From: a virus
Lineage: Duplodnaviria; Caudoviricetes
Length of the DNA: 56,846 nt
Strand: one strand, 5' to 3'
Virus record (IMG/VR): IMGVR_UViG_3300032046_003054
Span: 1-56,846 of that record
The position numbers and the translations under genes were made by a program. The notes under the pieces are model-generated. The model did no database searches, was not told the DNA's origin, and saw only the letters and a list, made by a program, of their open reading frames with translations. Below are positions 38,875-48,314 of the stretch, in pieces; the stretch's first letter is position 1; every line of letters starts with the position of its first letter.

Positions 38875-38935
38875 CTGTAATTTTGCCTCTTAATTGCCCG
38901 TAGGAAGCGTTAGAAATAAAAAGGCGGGGAGATGT
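38875..38935 (+). repeat. 61-bp dispersed element, inverted copy of 23081-23141
   Basis: 49/61 identity; core CTTAATTGCCCGYAGGAAGCGTT and AAAAAGGCGGGGA. Confidence 0.85.
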
Positions 38936-39102
38936 CCGCCCCTGTTTGTAGAGGAAAGTTGTTTCGCTATTTGGCGAATTAACTAAAAAGCCTCCTACAA
39001 AAGACAAGCTTATGGGAGGCACAAAATTGACAATTTTAGTTTCTGTTATTATAATGACGTTTAAAAGAGCGGTTTTATTACACTTTGTCAATTTCAAATC
39101 CT

Positions 39103-39564
39103 TCAAAAACCTCTCTTCTTACATTGTAAATTATCCCTATGTTCCATACACCAACAATCCCATAAATACATTTTGCCCTGCGAGAATAATTTAGCCGCAC
39201 AATTCAGGTTCTTATAGGCATCAAATCTATCATCTACATCACTACAACTCCTGAGCCAAGTTGAAAGCGTAAATTGACTCACGCCTTTTGATATTTTACC
39301 AACACCAACTGCATTCGGATTAAATCCCGACTCGCATTTTATAGTTTGGTAAAAATCATCAGATAGCCCATATTTGGCTTTTAAGAAACTTATAGCCTGT
39401 TTAATCTCTGCATCAGTGGTTAAAATCACTGTAGAAGCACCAGAATCGTCTGTGGCGTGTTTTACTGGTATAGTGGTGGTTTTGTATGTTGGCAATGCCA
39501 AGCCCCTTAAATAACCATTTTTGAGGTCTTGTTTAATCCCGTGAATAGCAGTTGTTGCAATCAA
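39103..39564 (-). CDS. Lytic transglycosylase (SLT/lysozyme-like); start uncertain
   Basis: IKCESGFNPNA...SKGVSQF...TW, NLNCA; frame is open upstream through a hydrophobic stretch. Confidence 0.85.
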   Translation of the reverse strand: MIATTAIHGIKQDLKNGYLRGLALPTYKTTTIPVKHATDDSGASTVILTTDAEIKQAISFLKAKYGLSDDFYQTIKCESGFNPNAVGVGKISKGVSQFTLSTWLRSCSDVDDRFDAYKNLNCAAKLFSQGKMYLWDCWCMEHRDNLQCKKRGF

Positions 39565-39640
39565 CCCTGTGAGAATTATAAAGACACAAATTTTGGGTAG
39601 TTCATTACCTTATTTTATCAAACCAAGAGGGGTTGTCAAT

Positions 39641-39907
39641 CTATTTTCCACTCCCCAAGATACCTGTGGCAATTTCCTTCCCCTTGTCCAAGTTGTCGTA
39701 AATACCCGAAGTAAGGGCTCCTAAAAAAATTCCGTTCAAAACACTTGCCACTGTAAAACTCCAAGTCCCCAAGCATACCACAATAATACCGACGACCAAA
39801 CTTAGCAATGGAAGCCATTGTGTAGGAATTTTGGTAGTCTTGATAACGTAAATAAGAATACCAATTATCACTACCGCAGAAGTTCCACCAATTAATGTTA
39901 TATCCAT
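39641..39907 (-). CDS. Holin
   Basis: Three hydrophobic segments, WLPLLSLVVG, LTSGIYD; follows the endolysin. Confidence 0.8.
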   Translation of the reverse strand: MDITLIGGTSAVVIIGILIYVIKTTKIPTQWLPLLSLVVGIIVVCLGTWSFTVASVLNGIFLGALTSGIYDNLDKGKEIATGILGSGK

Positions 39908-39944
39908 ATCTTTTCCGCAACCTTATTGATTCGGTTGGCGGATG

Positions 39945-40931
39945 TTAAATAAATAACGCATTTAATTTTGCCCGAGTAATTGGACCCACCCTTCCATTCT
40001 GGATAATCCCGTATCTTTGCTGAAAAACTTTTACCGCATCCAGCGTCACTGCTCCAAAATAGCCAGTGGATTTTTGCTCTGCCGACATACACCCGAGAAA
40101 TTTCATACAATCCTGTAAAATCTTAACCTCGTTATTATTTAGTCCCTGCCACAAATCATTGTTAAATTGATACTTCGGCTTGCTATTCGGGTCTGGCAAA
40201 AATTCATCTGGTCTGTCAACCGTCACCGCCCAAGCCTCAAAGGGCTGGTATGTCTGCAGAAAATAGAACAGCCCCTTGTCCCCCCACTGCTCTCCAAAGG
40301 AGTTCTGCCCGTTGACATACTGGACATCAAAGCCGATGCCCACTGTGGCGTGCCCGAAAGTTATCGGAGTGGTAAGTTTTATGTATGCCGTATTCCAGCC
40401 GTTCGGACTCCCTTTGAAGCCAAGCAGAATTGCACCGAATTCGTATATCGCCCTCTTGATTGAATCAAAATCGCAGTCCACTTGCACATACCCGCCTATC
40501 TTGTAGTTTGCCGCCTCCGCCTCCGTCCCGTTCAGCGGCTTGGCACCGTAATCCTTCAGCACCTTCAATCCAATCCTCAAATATGTCCCCTTGTAATCGG
40601 GAATGCCATCTATCTCCTTACACTTCCTGTAAATCCAGTCAGGGTCAAACTCTATGAAATTGCCCTCCCGCCTCTCCAAAAATTCCTTTATGGTGGAACA
40701 GGAATAGGCGACACATTCGGAGGTCGTTCCCTGATTTTTTATTGTCAGGACATAGGGTATCCTGTATTTCTCGGGCAAGGGCGTTATCTCCCTGCTTACC
40801 GCACCCAAGACATCCTCCATTTTTACATCACGGAAATCCAATGGGCTTGGCAAAGCCCCATTACGCCAGTCCTCCGATGCTTCCTCTTTCCTGACAAATA
40901 AATCTTTAACCCACTTTATTAAATTGAACAT
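39945..40931 (-). CDS. Putative endolysin: papain-like C1 peptidase + peptidoglycan-binding domain
   Basis: NQG...ECVAYS, GHA, QNSFGEQWGDKG; EVKILQ...GYFGAVTLDAVKVFQ...GRVGPITRAKLN. Confidence 0.85.
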   Translation of the reverse strand: MFNLIKWVKDLFVRKEEASEDWRNGALPSPLDFRDVKMEDVLGAVSREITPLPEKYRIPYVLTIKNQGTTSECVAYSCSTIKEFLERREGNFIEFDPDWIYRKCKEIDGIPDYKGTYLRIGLKVLKDYGAKPLNGTEAEAANYKIGGYVQVDCDFDSIKRAIYEFGAILLGFKGSPNGWNTAYIKLTTPITFGHATVGIGFDVQYVNGQNSFGEQWGDKGLFYFLQTYQPFEAWAVTVDRPDEFLPDPNSKPKYQFNNDLWQGLNNNEVKILQDCMKFLGCMSAEQKSTGYFGAVTLDAVKVFQQRYGIIQNGRVGPITRAKLNALFI

Positions 40932-40994
40932 AAGTTTATCATATTTGTTTCTCTGCCATAATTCTTTAATTGTTTATTGGGCTTCCCATAATAT

Positions 40995-41789
40995 TTATTC
41001 TACTTCCCAAAGAATTTTTGCCGTATTAGCTATAGTTGAAGATAAATCAGCCCAAGTTAAAGTTATATTTGTTCCATCAACTGCAATAGTCGCTTTCTGT
41101 CCCACTTCTCCACCCGCATTTTTCCAAGCGACCCAAACTACATACGAATTACTATTACCACTCGTTGAATATGCACCCACAGAAGTTTGTACAGAGCCTC
41201 CATTATAAACACAACTAGTATTAGTTCCATCATAAGAACCTATTGAGGTCGCAAGTGTATGAAATGTTCCATCATCGGCTGTTGCCGATATTCTTACTTT
41301 TTTAGGTGTTCTACCTAATCCGTGTGCTGTGTTAACAGCTCCTGTCGCAGCGTCTAATGCTCTTGTTATGGTCCCATTTTTTCTTGTTGCTGGACTACCA
41401 TCCACATAAGTCTTAACTGCATTTTGAGAAGGGACTTTACCATCGGAAGACCCCAGTGCGACATTGGTATCTATGCCTATCCTTGAAAGCATCTGGAAGT
41501 ATGTGCCATCATAAACCACCGCCACAATTTGCCCCGCCAGAATATCATCAGTCGCCAAGTCCACATTAAGGTTTTTCTTAATCGTCAGAGCCCCGATGGC
41601 ATTTATGTTAAGCGTGCAGGCTCCTGTGTTTGCCACATCCGCCTTGAAGGCGTAAATCCTCCCCGCCTCGTAGGAAGTTCCGCACCCCCCGATTGTGATG
41701 GCGTAGGCATCGTCCCCGTGCGAGGACGCCGCATACCACTCAAAGTCCGCCGCCTTGACCTCTTTTGCTGTTGCTATTTTTTCTCCCAT
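40995..41789 (-). CDS. Tail fibre / distal tail protein
   Basis: FKADVANTGACTLNINAIG, VYDGTYFQM, VPSQNAVKTYVD, HGLGRTPK. Confidence 0.7.
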   Translation of the reverse strand: MGEKIATAKEVKAADFEWYAASSHGDDAYAITIGGCGTSYEAGRIYAFKADVANTGACTLNINAIGALTIKKNLNVDLATDDILAGQIVAVVYDGTYFQMLSRIGIDTNVALGSSDGKVPSQNAVKTYVDGSPATRKNGTITRALDAATGAVNTAHGLGRTPKKVRISATADDGTFHTLATSIGSYDGTNTSCVYNGGSVQTSVGAYSTSGNSNSYVVWVAWKNAGGEVGQKATIAVDGTNITLTWADLSSTIANTAKILWEVE

Positions 41790-41825
41790 ATTTTTTTAAC
41801 TTATTGTTATTTTATAATCAATTGA

Positions 41826-42383
41826 CTATGAAATCGTAATTTTGTAGTCAATGGTAAGCGACTCTGTATTTGACTTTGTCAAGGGCAGTTCTGCTGTCTC
41901 TGGGTCTGCTATCCTTGAAAACAACTGCCCACTGTCCGCACCAACCCCCCCATCAATGAAATGCCCGACCTCCTTGTATGTCCCCGTTGTTTCTGTTGCC
42001 GTAAAAAAGGTTGAGATGTAAGCCACGTTAGCTGAATAGGTTTTTGAGCTTATGAGTTTCCTGAACACCTCCGTCCCGAGTTTTATATTGGCATTTGCCG
42101 AACCAGTCGGGTCTGTCCCCAAGGCACAATAGTTCAACACCCCAGTATAAGTAAGTGTATTAGATAGAATCATAGCAAACACCGTCCTGCCAACTGTCGG
42201 GATAAGGTTTGGGATTACCACTCTCCTCTTTAAGAACTTGCTGTGGAGTTCGTCAACAAGACTCCTGTATTCCTGCCCAAATGCTTTAGAAATTCTGCTC
42301 TGCAAATTTTGAGCTTCCAAACTGCTCATATCGCAAATACTCAAAATTGCCTCCCCTTTTATTTTTATATTTTCTTTGAACAT
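41826..42383 (-). CDS. Tail structural protein
   Basis: NLIPTVGR, ALGT, LGTEVFRK, KEVG.F, LFSR, LTIDYKITI. Confidence 0.65.
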   Translation of the reverse strand: MFKENIKIKGEAILSICDMSSLEAQNLQSRISKAFGQEYRSLVDELHSKFLKRRVVIPNLIPTVGRTVFAMILSNTLTYTGVLNYCALGTDPTGSANANIKLGTEVFRKLISSKTYSANVAYISTFFTATETTGTYKEVGHFIDGGVGADSGQLFSRIADPETAELPLTKSNTESLTIDYKITIS

Positions 42384-42402
42384 AATTTTTTATTTTAATT
42401 TA

Positions 42403-43923
42403 TTAAACATAATTACAAGACCTGTCATAGAAGGCGGGGCGTTTTCGGTCAGCATCATTTACTGGGAAATAACCGCCATACACCCACAGAGGAGGGCTGT
42501 CCTTGATTATCCTTATCAATGTTTCCCCTATCGTCATCGTGTCAATGCTCATTAAATCCAGCTTGAAATCTGGGTCGTTCAATTTCAAGGTTTCCGAAAA
42601 GGTCATCGTGTCAATGCCCGTCAAGTCCATCAAAACATCAAGCACCTCGCCCTCCTGCCTCATCACCCCGATTTTCTTGTTTGTGTCGTCAATCTGCTTC
42701 TGCAAAAACTCTATAATCCCCATCACCCTTGCGGTAGAGGCACTGACCTCATATTCAAACCTGTCGGGCGTGATTGTCTTTGATACCACTTTTGTAATCG
42801 TGAAATCCTGATTCAGTGTCCTGATGTCTGACTGTATGTTTATTCTCTGCCCCGACCTCAACCCCGACCTGTTCGTCTTTAATGTAGCATTTTTTATCGG
42901 CAAAGCATAGTCTATGAACTCCGCCTGTGCCCTCTGCCTTGCCGCTTCCTTTGTTTTTATCAATTTGTCAACTATAACGAACTCATAATTCCCATAAACT
43001 GAAACAGATGCACTATTTTTTGCCTTGACAATAACCGTGACCAATGGCGTTCCTGTGACAAGTACATCCCCAGTTACTGGTGCGGTTGCAAACCTCAACA
43101 CCTTTTCCTGGTAGTTCCACAGACAGTCGTGGGTGGCTGGGTCATCCAAGAAATCAACACCGACATTCAGGGGGGCACCGCCACCGACCGTGACCGTTGG
43201 CATCACATCGTACCGATAGGGCAGTTTGAAAATCTTTGTCACGTTGTCCCCAGCCCCCACCTTGTCCGTCCTGCTGTCGCCGACATACTCCCCGCCCCTC
43301 ACGTAGACTATGTTCTTCAGCTGCTTTGTGTCGTCAACTATTTCCAAACTGTTGAAGACATAATTCCCGTTGGTATCTGTCAGGTCAAAGGGGGTGGTTT
43401 CCCCCACCGCCTTGCTGAAAAAATGGATGTCCTTGTTGTAATCAATGTAATAATCATATCCGATTAACTCCGCCAGCTCTTTTAAGCAATCAGAAGGTTT
43501 CTTATAATTAAATAAAATATACTCCAAGGTGATTCCCGTCGCCTCAACGTGATTGCCAGTGAAAGTCGGGGCATAATCTGCAATAATATGTGCCACAATA
43601 TCCTCAACTAAATGGTCATCGTAAGTATCAAATACCAATTTTCTGTCAAGCAAATATGTATAATCTATGCATTGGACATCATAATTTAACAACTTCCCTT
43701 CTATCGTTTCCTGAACTTTTACAATTATGCCACCGAATATCTTGTCCGCACCGTCATAGACAATTATTTCGCTATCAACAACTGGCTTCCAAATGCGACC
43801 CTGATAACTTATTGCCGTAAAATTCAAGGTGTCAACCTGTGATGTGATTATGTCCTCTTTTTTGAAAGATTTCCAATCTATGTAATCCCTTTTTTCTGAA
43901 CCGTTCACAAGAATGCTTATCAT
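42403..43923 (-). CDS. Tail tip / baseplate hub protein
   Basis: Follows TMP; IFGGII, LKELAE..GYDYYID..KDIHF, GLRSGQ. Confidence 0.75.
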   Translation of the reverse strand: MISILVNGSEKRDYIDWKSFKKEDIITSQVDTLNFTAISYQGRIWKPVVDSEIIVYDGADKIFGGIIVKVQETIEGKLLNYDVQCIDYTYLLDRKLVFDTYDDHLVEDIVAHIIADYAPTFTGNHVEATGITLEYILFNYKKPSDCLKELAELIGYDYYIDYNKDIHFFSKAVGETTPFDLTDTNGNYVFNSLEIVDDTKQLKNIVYVRGGEYVGDSRTDKVGAGDNVTKIFKLPYRYDVMPTVTVGGGAPLNVGVDFLDDPATHDCLWNYQEKVLRFATAPVTGDVLVTGTPLVTVIVKAKNSASVSVYGNYEFVIVDKLIKTKEAARQRAQAEFIDYALPIKNATLKTNRSGLRSGQRINIQSDIRTLNQDFTITKVVSKTITPDRFEYEVSASTARVMGIIEFLQKQIDDTNKKIGVMRQEGEVLDVLMDLTGIDTMTFSETLKLNDPDFKLDLMSIDTMTIGETLIRIIKDSPPLWVYGGYFPVNDADRKRPAFYDRSCNYV

Positions 43924-45647
43924 ATTCTTATGTTATTTTTAAGTGTTTCAATAATCAAATCCCCTATCTTCTGAGCCGCCTCCCTGTCAGACATAAAGGT
44001 ATTCCCAGTTATTGTGATGTTCATCCCACCGATTCCCGCACCGACCAGGGCACCAGTTTTCGGGACGACATACTCCCCCCGATGCAACAGATAGGGACCC
44101 GTCTGATAAATCGCACCTCCCTCCTGTTTTGAACTAAACAATCCAGTTACTCCTTTGGCTATACCACTTACTCCTGCCCCTATAAACTGTGCGGCTTTCT
44201 GTCCCCACTCATAGATTGCTTTGAAAGCATCAACTATAGCATTCAAACTAGTAACAAAAGTATTTATTGCACCAATCGCCACTTTTATTAAAAAATTTGT
44301 CAAATCAGTAATCACTGTTAAAACCTTAACAACAAAATCAATTAACTTTATTATAATATTTACCACAAGAACCAATGCACCATACAGTGCTGCACCCAAT
44401 ATAATCACCAATGGTTGTATCGCATTCCAAAATGCCAATAATGTGGGTAAAAGTTGGGTGGATATCGTTTTCCATAGATTCTGCAAAGCAGGCCACAGTC
44501 TGGTTGACAATGTATCCCATAATTTTTCAAAAGCAGGAGCAAGAAAGTCAACTGCCATACTCCATAAAGCTGTTAATACCGGCAGAATGTTAGTCGTGAA
44601 ATATCCGTAGAGTTCTCTGACAATCTCTATCAAATTCTGAATTTTTTCCCATACCCAACCCATTGCATCGCTTAAATCATTAAAGATATTTTTGGCTATC
44701 GTAATTGGGTTTATCTCCCTAATTTTTTCCAGTAATAAGCCCCAATTGATATGTAGTTGAGAAACATACCAAACCAATCCGCCAATAATTACTAAAACCA
44801 AGCCTACCGGACCTGCCAATGCTGAAAAGCCTCCGATAATAGCTGGTAAAATTAGACCGAGAGTTCCCACCACCGCCACAAGACCGCTGACTGCAAGACC
44901 AGCAAGAATGATATTCCTTGTCAATTCGGGGTTCTTCTCAGTCCATTCAAGTATTCTGTCTACTACTGGCTGAATTTTTGCAAGCAGTTCAATAAGTATT
45001 GGAAGAAAAGCATTGCCTATCGCCTCTTTCACATTGGTGATTTGAACATTCAGTATAGCCATTTTGCCAGCAAAAGTATCAGCGAATGCTAATGCCTGAC
45101 CTCCCACTTTCTGTTGCAGGATACTAAGTGCCTCCATCGGCGAAGCAGTATCTTTTATAATAATTCCATATTGTAAAAGAGCCTTGCCAGAACCAGACAA
45201 AGCCATATTGACCAATTTAGTTGCAGAATCCAGGTCAAGACTTTTAGCTCTCGCCAAGTCCAGCGTGACATTTAATAAAGTTTGAGCATCTTTGACATCG
45301 TTAGTTCTCTGATAAAATTTTGCCAAACTGTTTGCGGTATCCTCATCATCAAAACCCAATCTGACCATTGCTTTTGCGGTTTCCAAAAGTTGTTTTTTAG
45401 CTTCTTCTCCCGCTTTGCCCATAGTCGCCATCGTGGCATTAAACTTAGCCATTTCGGTTTGTGCTCTGGATGCCGCACTCACACTCATAACCAAACCAGC
45501 AGAAATCGCAGCAAAAGCGGCGGTACCAATTATCGCCATATCTTTGAATACTGGCTTCATATCCTCAATACTTCCCTGTATCTGCTTGGCTACCTTTGAA
45601 GCCTCGTCTAATATCCTTACTACAATACTAATGTCTTCAGTTGGCAT
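43920..45647 (-). CDS. Tape measure protein
   Basis: Ala-rich amphipathic helices, W-periodic repeats, GG..TGPYLLHRGEYVVP. Confidence 0.9.
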   Translation of the reverse strand: MPTEDISIVVRILDEASKVAKQIQGSIEDMKPVFKDMAIIGTAAFAAISAGLVMSVSAASRAQTEMAKFNATMATMGKAGEEAKKQLLETAKAMVRLGFDDEDTANSLAKFYQRTNDVKDAQTLLNVTLDLARAKSLDLDSATKLVNMALSGSGKALLQYGIIIKDTASPMEALSILQQKVGGQALAFADTFAGKMAILNVQITNVKEAIGNAFLPILIELLAKIQPVVDRILEWTEKNPELTRNIILAGLAVSGLVAVVGTLGLILPAIIGGFSALAGPVGLVLVIIGGLVWYVSQLHINWGLLLEKIREINPITIAKNIFNDLSDAMGWVWEKIQNLIEIVRELYGYFTTNILPVLTALWSMAVDFLAPAFEKLWDTLSTRLWPALQNLWKTISTQLLPTLLAFWNAIQPLVIILGAALYGALVLVVNIIIKLIDFVVKVLTVITDLTNFLIKVAIGAINTFVTSLNAIVDAFKAIYEWGQKAAQFIGAGVSGIAKGVTGLFSSKQEGGAIYQTGPYLLHRGEYVVPKTGALVGAGIGGMNITITGNTFMSDREAAQKIGDLIIETLKNNIRI

Positions 45648-45655
45648 AATGCTTA

Positions 45656-45856
45656 TTATTTCCTTTGTTCTTTGTTCTGATACGAACTTTCTATATTCTT
45701 CGTTTCCAGAATCAGGTCAACAAACCACAAAGGTTGCTTGAGATATTGCTGGTAAGTCCAGTGCATCTCACGGCATAGCAAGACAATCTTTACCTCTTCC
45801 GAGACACTGCCTTTCCCTCTTTCCAAAACATCAAAATAATCACTTGCTATATCCCG
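45656..45856 (-). CDS. Tail assembly chaperone -1 frameshift extension (gpT-like)
   Basis: A-AAA-AAC slippery site, then a 66-codon frame RDIASDY...CREMHWTYQQYLKQPLWFV ending just before TMP. Confidence 0.8.
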   Translation of the reverse strand, partial: RDIASDYFDVLERGKGSVSEEVKIVLLCREMHWTYQQYLKQPLWFVDLILETKNIESSYQNKEQRK

Positions 45857-46182
45857 TTTTTTTTTTCGGTTATCCCCCCAGTTATTGCGGTAATCTCTTT
45901 CATAAGTTCCGCAAACTCATCCGCCTTAAAATCCAAAATTGTCTCAAGAATATTCTCGGTTTTTCCATCAATAGAAACAATCGCCATTTCTATATTTTTA
46001 TTTTCAATCTGGCTTATTACCTCTGGTGGGATACTATCAATTTTTGCCTCTCCCTCATCAAGTCCAAACTTAATACCTTTTAGAAGAACATCTCTTACCT
46101 CCCTGTTTTCCCTAACGGTTAGGTAAGTCTTCAGCACGATTTCGTGCCCAGCGATATTTATTTTTTTGGTTTCTCTTTCCAT
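45847..46182 (-). CDS. Tail assembly chaperone (gpG-like)
   Basis: Between tail tube and TMP; likely start MERETK. Confidence 0.8.
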   Translation of the reverse strand: MERETKKINIAGHEIVLKTYLTVRENREVRDVLLKGIKFGLDEGEAKIDSIPPEVISQIENKNIEMAIVSIDGKTENILETILDFKADEFAELMKEITAITGGITEKKNGI

Positions 46183-46183
46183 A

Positions 46184-47152
46184 TTAGTAAGAAACAACAT
46201 TATTCGTAAGTGCAAAAGTGCTCCAAAGTCTCACTTGTGCCAAATCAAATAATATTTCAAATGTTAACTTCTGCGATGCGATGTCCTCCAACCCTTCTGC
46301 GTGCTCCCACTCCGAGAAGAAAACCTTCGGGAAAATCAGGTTCAGTGTCGGCTTCTGGGTGGCACCAATCAACTTGTTGTTCACAAGCTGTATCTGCATT
46401 GCCTTTACCGAGCCGTTGAGCATATAGTCCCTCCAAGTCCTGTCCTCGTAGTTCAACTCCAAATCGCCTGTAATCTTGAACCCTTTCAGCACTATGTCCT
46501 CGGGCTCAAGCGTCCCAAGCACGTCAATCTTCTCCACATTCTTCTCTATCTTGATTGTCAGTTTTTTCAGGCTGACTGCGGTGCCCAGATTATCAATGGT
46601 AGAACCAACTTTGAATACCAAGTCCTTTGAAGTGAACCTGTTGTCAATTGAATAGCTCGGCGTTGTTGCGGTAGAGTCCTGATGAACCTTTGAAATCCAG
46701 TTTGCCACATAGGTTACAATCTTGCCGAGTGCGATATCTATCGTAAGCGAGTTTATCATCGCCAACCTGAACCTCAAATCGTCAATGGAATCATGCACCA
46801 AAATTGACAAACTTGGATGTTGTACCTGATTATCTAAAGTGTAAACGTGGTTATACACTCCTGTTTCTGGATTTGCTGGCGTATCAGTCCCGCACAAAGC
46901 CAGAAGAATAAGACCGAAGGAGTTGACGTTAATCTCCCCCTCTATGTCGCCCTCAGCCCATTGGCTGGTCACGTATCCAGTCATAGCGGCATCCGAGATA
47001 TGCCCATAGCTCCCGCCCACCATTGACTTAGCGGCTTTGTCGTCAAAAGATATGGCGGTTTTTGGTATCCAATAGGTTGCGGAAGCACCAGTCCCTCTTG
47101 GTGATTCCTTACCGATTCCCACAGATACAAGCCGCCCCGTGAATTTTGCCAT
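46184..47152 (-). CDS. Major tail tube protein
   Basis: GIGKES.RGT, YNHVYT, ITGDLEL; position in tail module. Confidence 0.85.
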   Translation of the reverse strand: MAKFTGRLVSVGIGKESPRGTGASATYWIPKTAISFDDKAAKSMVGGSYGHISDAAMTGYVTSQWAEGDIEGEINVNSFGLILLALCGTDTPANPETGVYNHVYTLDNQVQHPSLSILVHDSIDDLRFRLAMINSLTIDIALGKIVTYVANWISKVHQDSTATTPSYSIDNRFTSKDLVFKVGSTIDNLGTAVSLKKLTIKIEKNVEKIDVLGTLEPEDIVLKGFKITGDLELNYEDRTWRDYMLNGSVKAMQIQLVNNKLIGATQKPTLNLIFPKVFFSEWEHAEGLEDIASQKLTFEILFDLAQVRLWSTFALTNNVVSY

Positions 47153-47213
47153 TTGCTTTTTTTGTTTTCTTTATTTTTTTCAGAAAACAATTTTTAATTT
47201 TTATTATTTTTAA

Positions 47214-47639
47214 TTATGTTATAGAAAATGATATCAAAATCTTAATCTCTAATTCTCCGACGATGTAAGGAGGTTCACTTCTAACCTCACCAAGCATCGG
47301 CGAACAGATTATCATCATCTCCTGTGCTGGTAGTGAAATCCCGCTCAACTGCTGGTCTTCGTCAAACGCCTCAATGATGTCGTCCACTACCCCGTCCACA
47401 ATGTTCCTCGCCTTCTGTTCGCCCATCTCCGCATCACACTTTTGAAGAACGAACACCTTGAAGACATAAGTCCTCTTGTTCTCCGTCGTGGTCTCAAACT
47501 CGCCCTCATTCCTTGCTGATGCAATCATCACCGCTGGGAAGCCCTGAAACTCCTCGTTCGGATAATCCGCCACCTCTTGTATGGAATTTATGGTTCCCAG
47601 TTTCTCCTTTATTTTCTGTTTGATAGTCGCAAAGCTCAT
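47214..47639 (-). CDS. Tail terminator-like protein
   Basis: Position before tail tube; size; FPAV. Confidence 0.6.
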   Translation of the reverse strand: MSFATIKQKIKEKLGTINSIQEVADYPNEEFQGFPAVMIASARNEGEFETTTENKRTYVFKVFVLQKCDAEMGEQKARNIVDGVVDDIIEAFDEDQQLSGISLPAQEMMIICSPMLGEVRSEPPYIVGELEIKILISFSIT

Positions 47640-47971
47640 TTGTTTATCAAAATTTTAATTGCATTTCCAAATTCTTTTTTGATGGCATCAACTGCTTTTT
47701 CTGCTCCCCATTTCATAAAAGGTTTTCTTCTATGAACATAAATTGCATAATCCGTATGCGGTGCTATAATCGCCTGCAAAATATTGAATACAGAACTAAT
47801 ACTTGCCCTTAGTCTACCAGTAATAACTGGAGTAACTTTTTTTGCTTCTCCCTCCACAAGATATGCCGACCTTTTGATTGCTTTATCCATCTCACTGATA
47901 AAATCACTCGGCATATCCTTGAACTTCTTCACCACTTCATCCAGACCTTTTAATGTAATTGTGATTGGCAT
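47636..47971 (-). CDS. HK97 gp10-like tail completion protein
   Basis: AK..TPV.TGRLRASI, YAIYVH, KPFM. Confidence 0.85.
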   Translation of the reverse strand: MPITITLKGLDEVVKKFKDMPSDFISEMDKAIKRSAYLVEGEAKKVTPVITGRLRASISSVFNILQAIIAPHTDYAIYVHRRKPFMKWGAEKAVDAIKKEFGNAIKILINK

Positions 47972-47973
47972 TT

Positions 47974-48309
47974 TTATACTATTGAAGATTTAATTTTTAC
48001 AACGATGCACTCTTTGTGCACGAAATTCCCCAATTGTGCAGGAATACTGACTGCGTTCACCCTATATTCATCATTGTTCTCATCAATCAATTTATCATCA
48101 ACCTGAATGTCCGCATCCTCCTCACAGAACATCCTGAAGGTCTTGCCTATCGCCCCGCCAATCATTGCCGTTTTTTCTTCCGCCAGCCTCTGTATGCTGA
48201 CATCTATCTCCGCAGTCACGGTGGAATAGTGCGTCTTGGTGGTACTCCCAGAAACCGCTACAAGCCGTGCCACTAAAATTTGATTCGTAAGTAAATTTGT
48301 AAATGTCAT
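47974..48309 (-). CDS. Head closure (stopper) protein
   Basis: Position; ADIQVDDKL...EYRV. Confidence 0.65.
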   Translation of the reverse strand: MTFTNLLTNQILVARLVAVSGSTTKTHYSTVTAEIDVSIQRLAEEKTAMIGGAIGKTFRMFCEEDADIQVDDKLIDENNDEYRVNAVSIPAQLGNFVHKECIVVKIKSSIV

Positions 48310-48314
48310 TTTAT

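Noticed and set aside
38864-39106. 80-aa ORF between lysis and early regions
   Set aside because: No motif; overlaps the 61-bp element and a hairpin, so more likely non-coding
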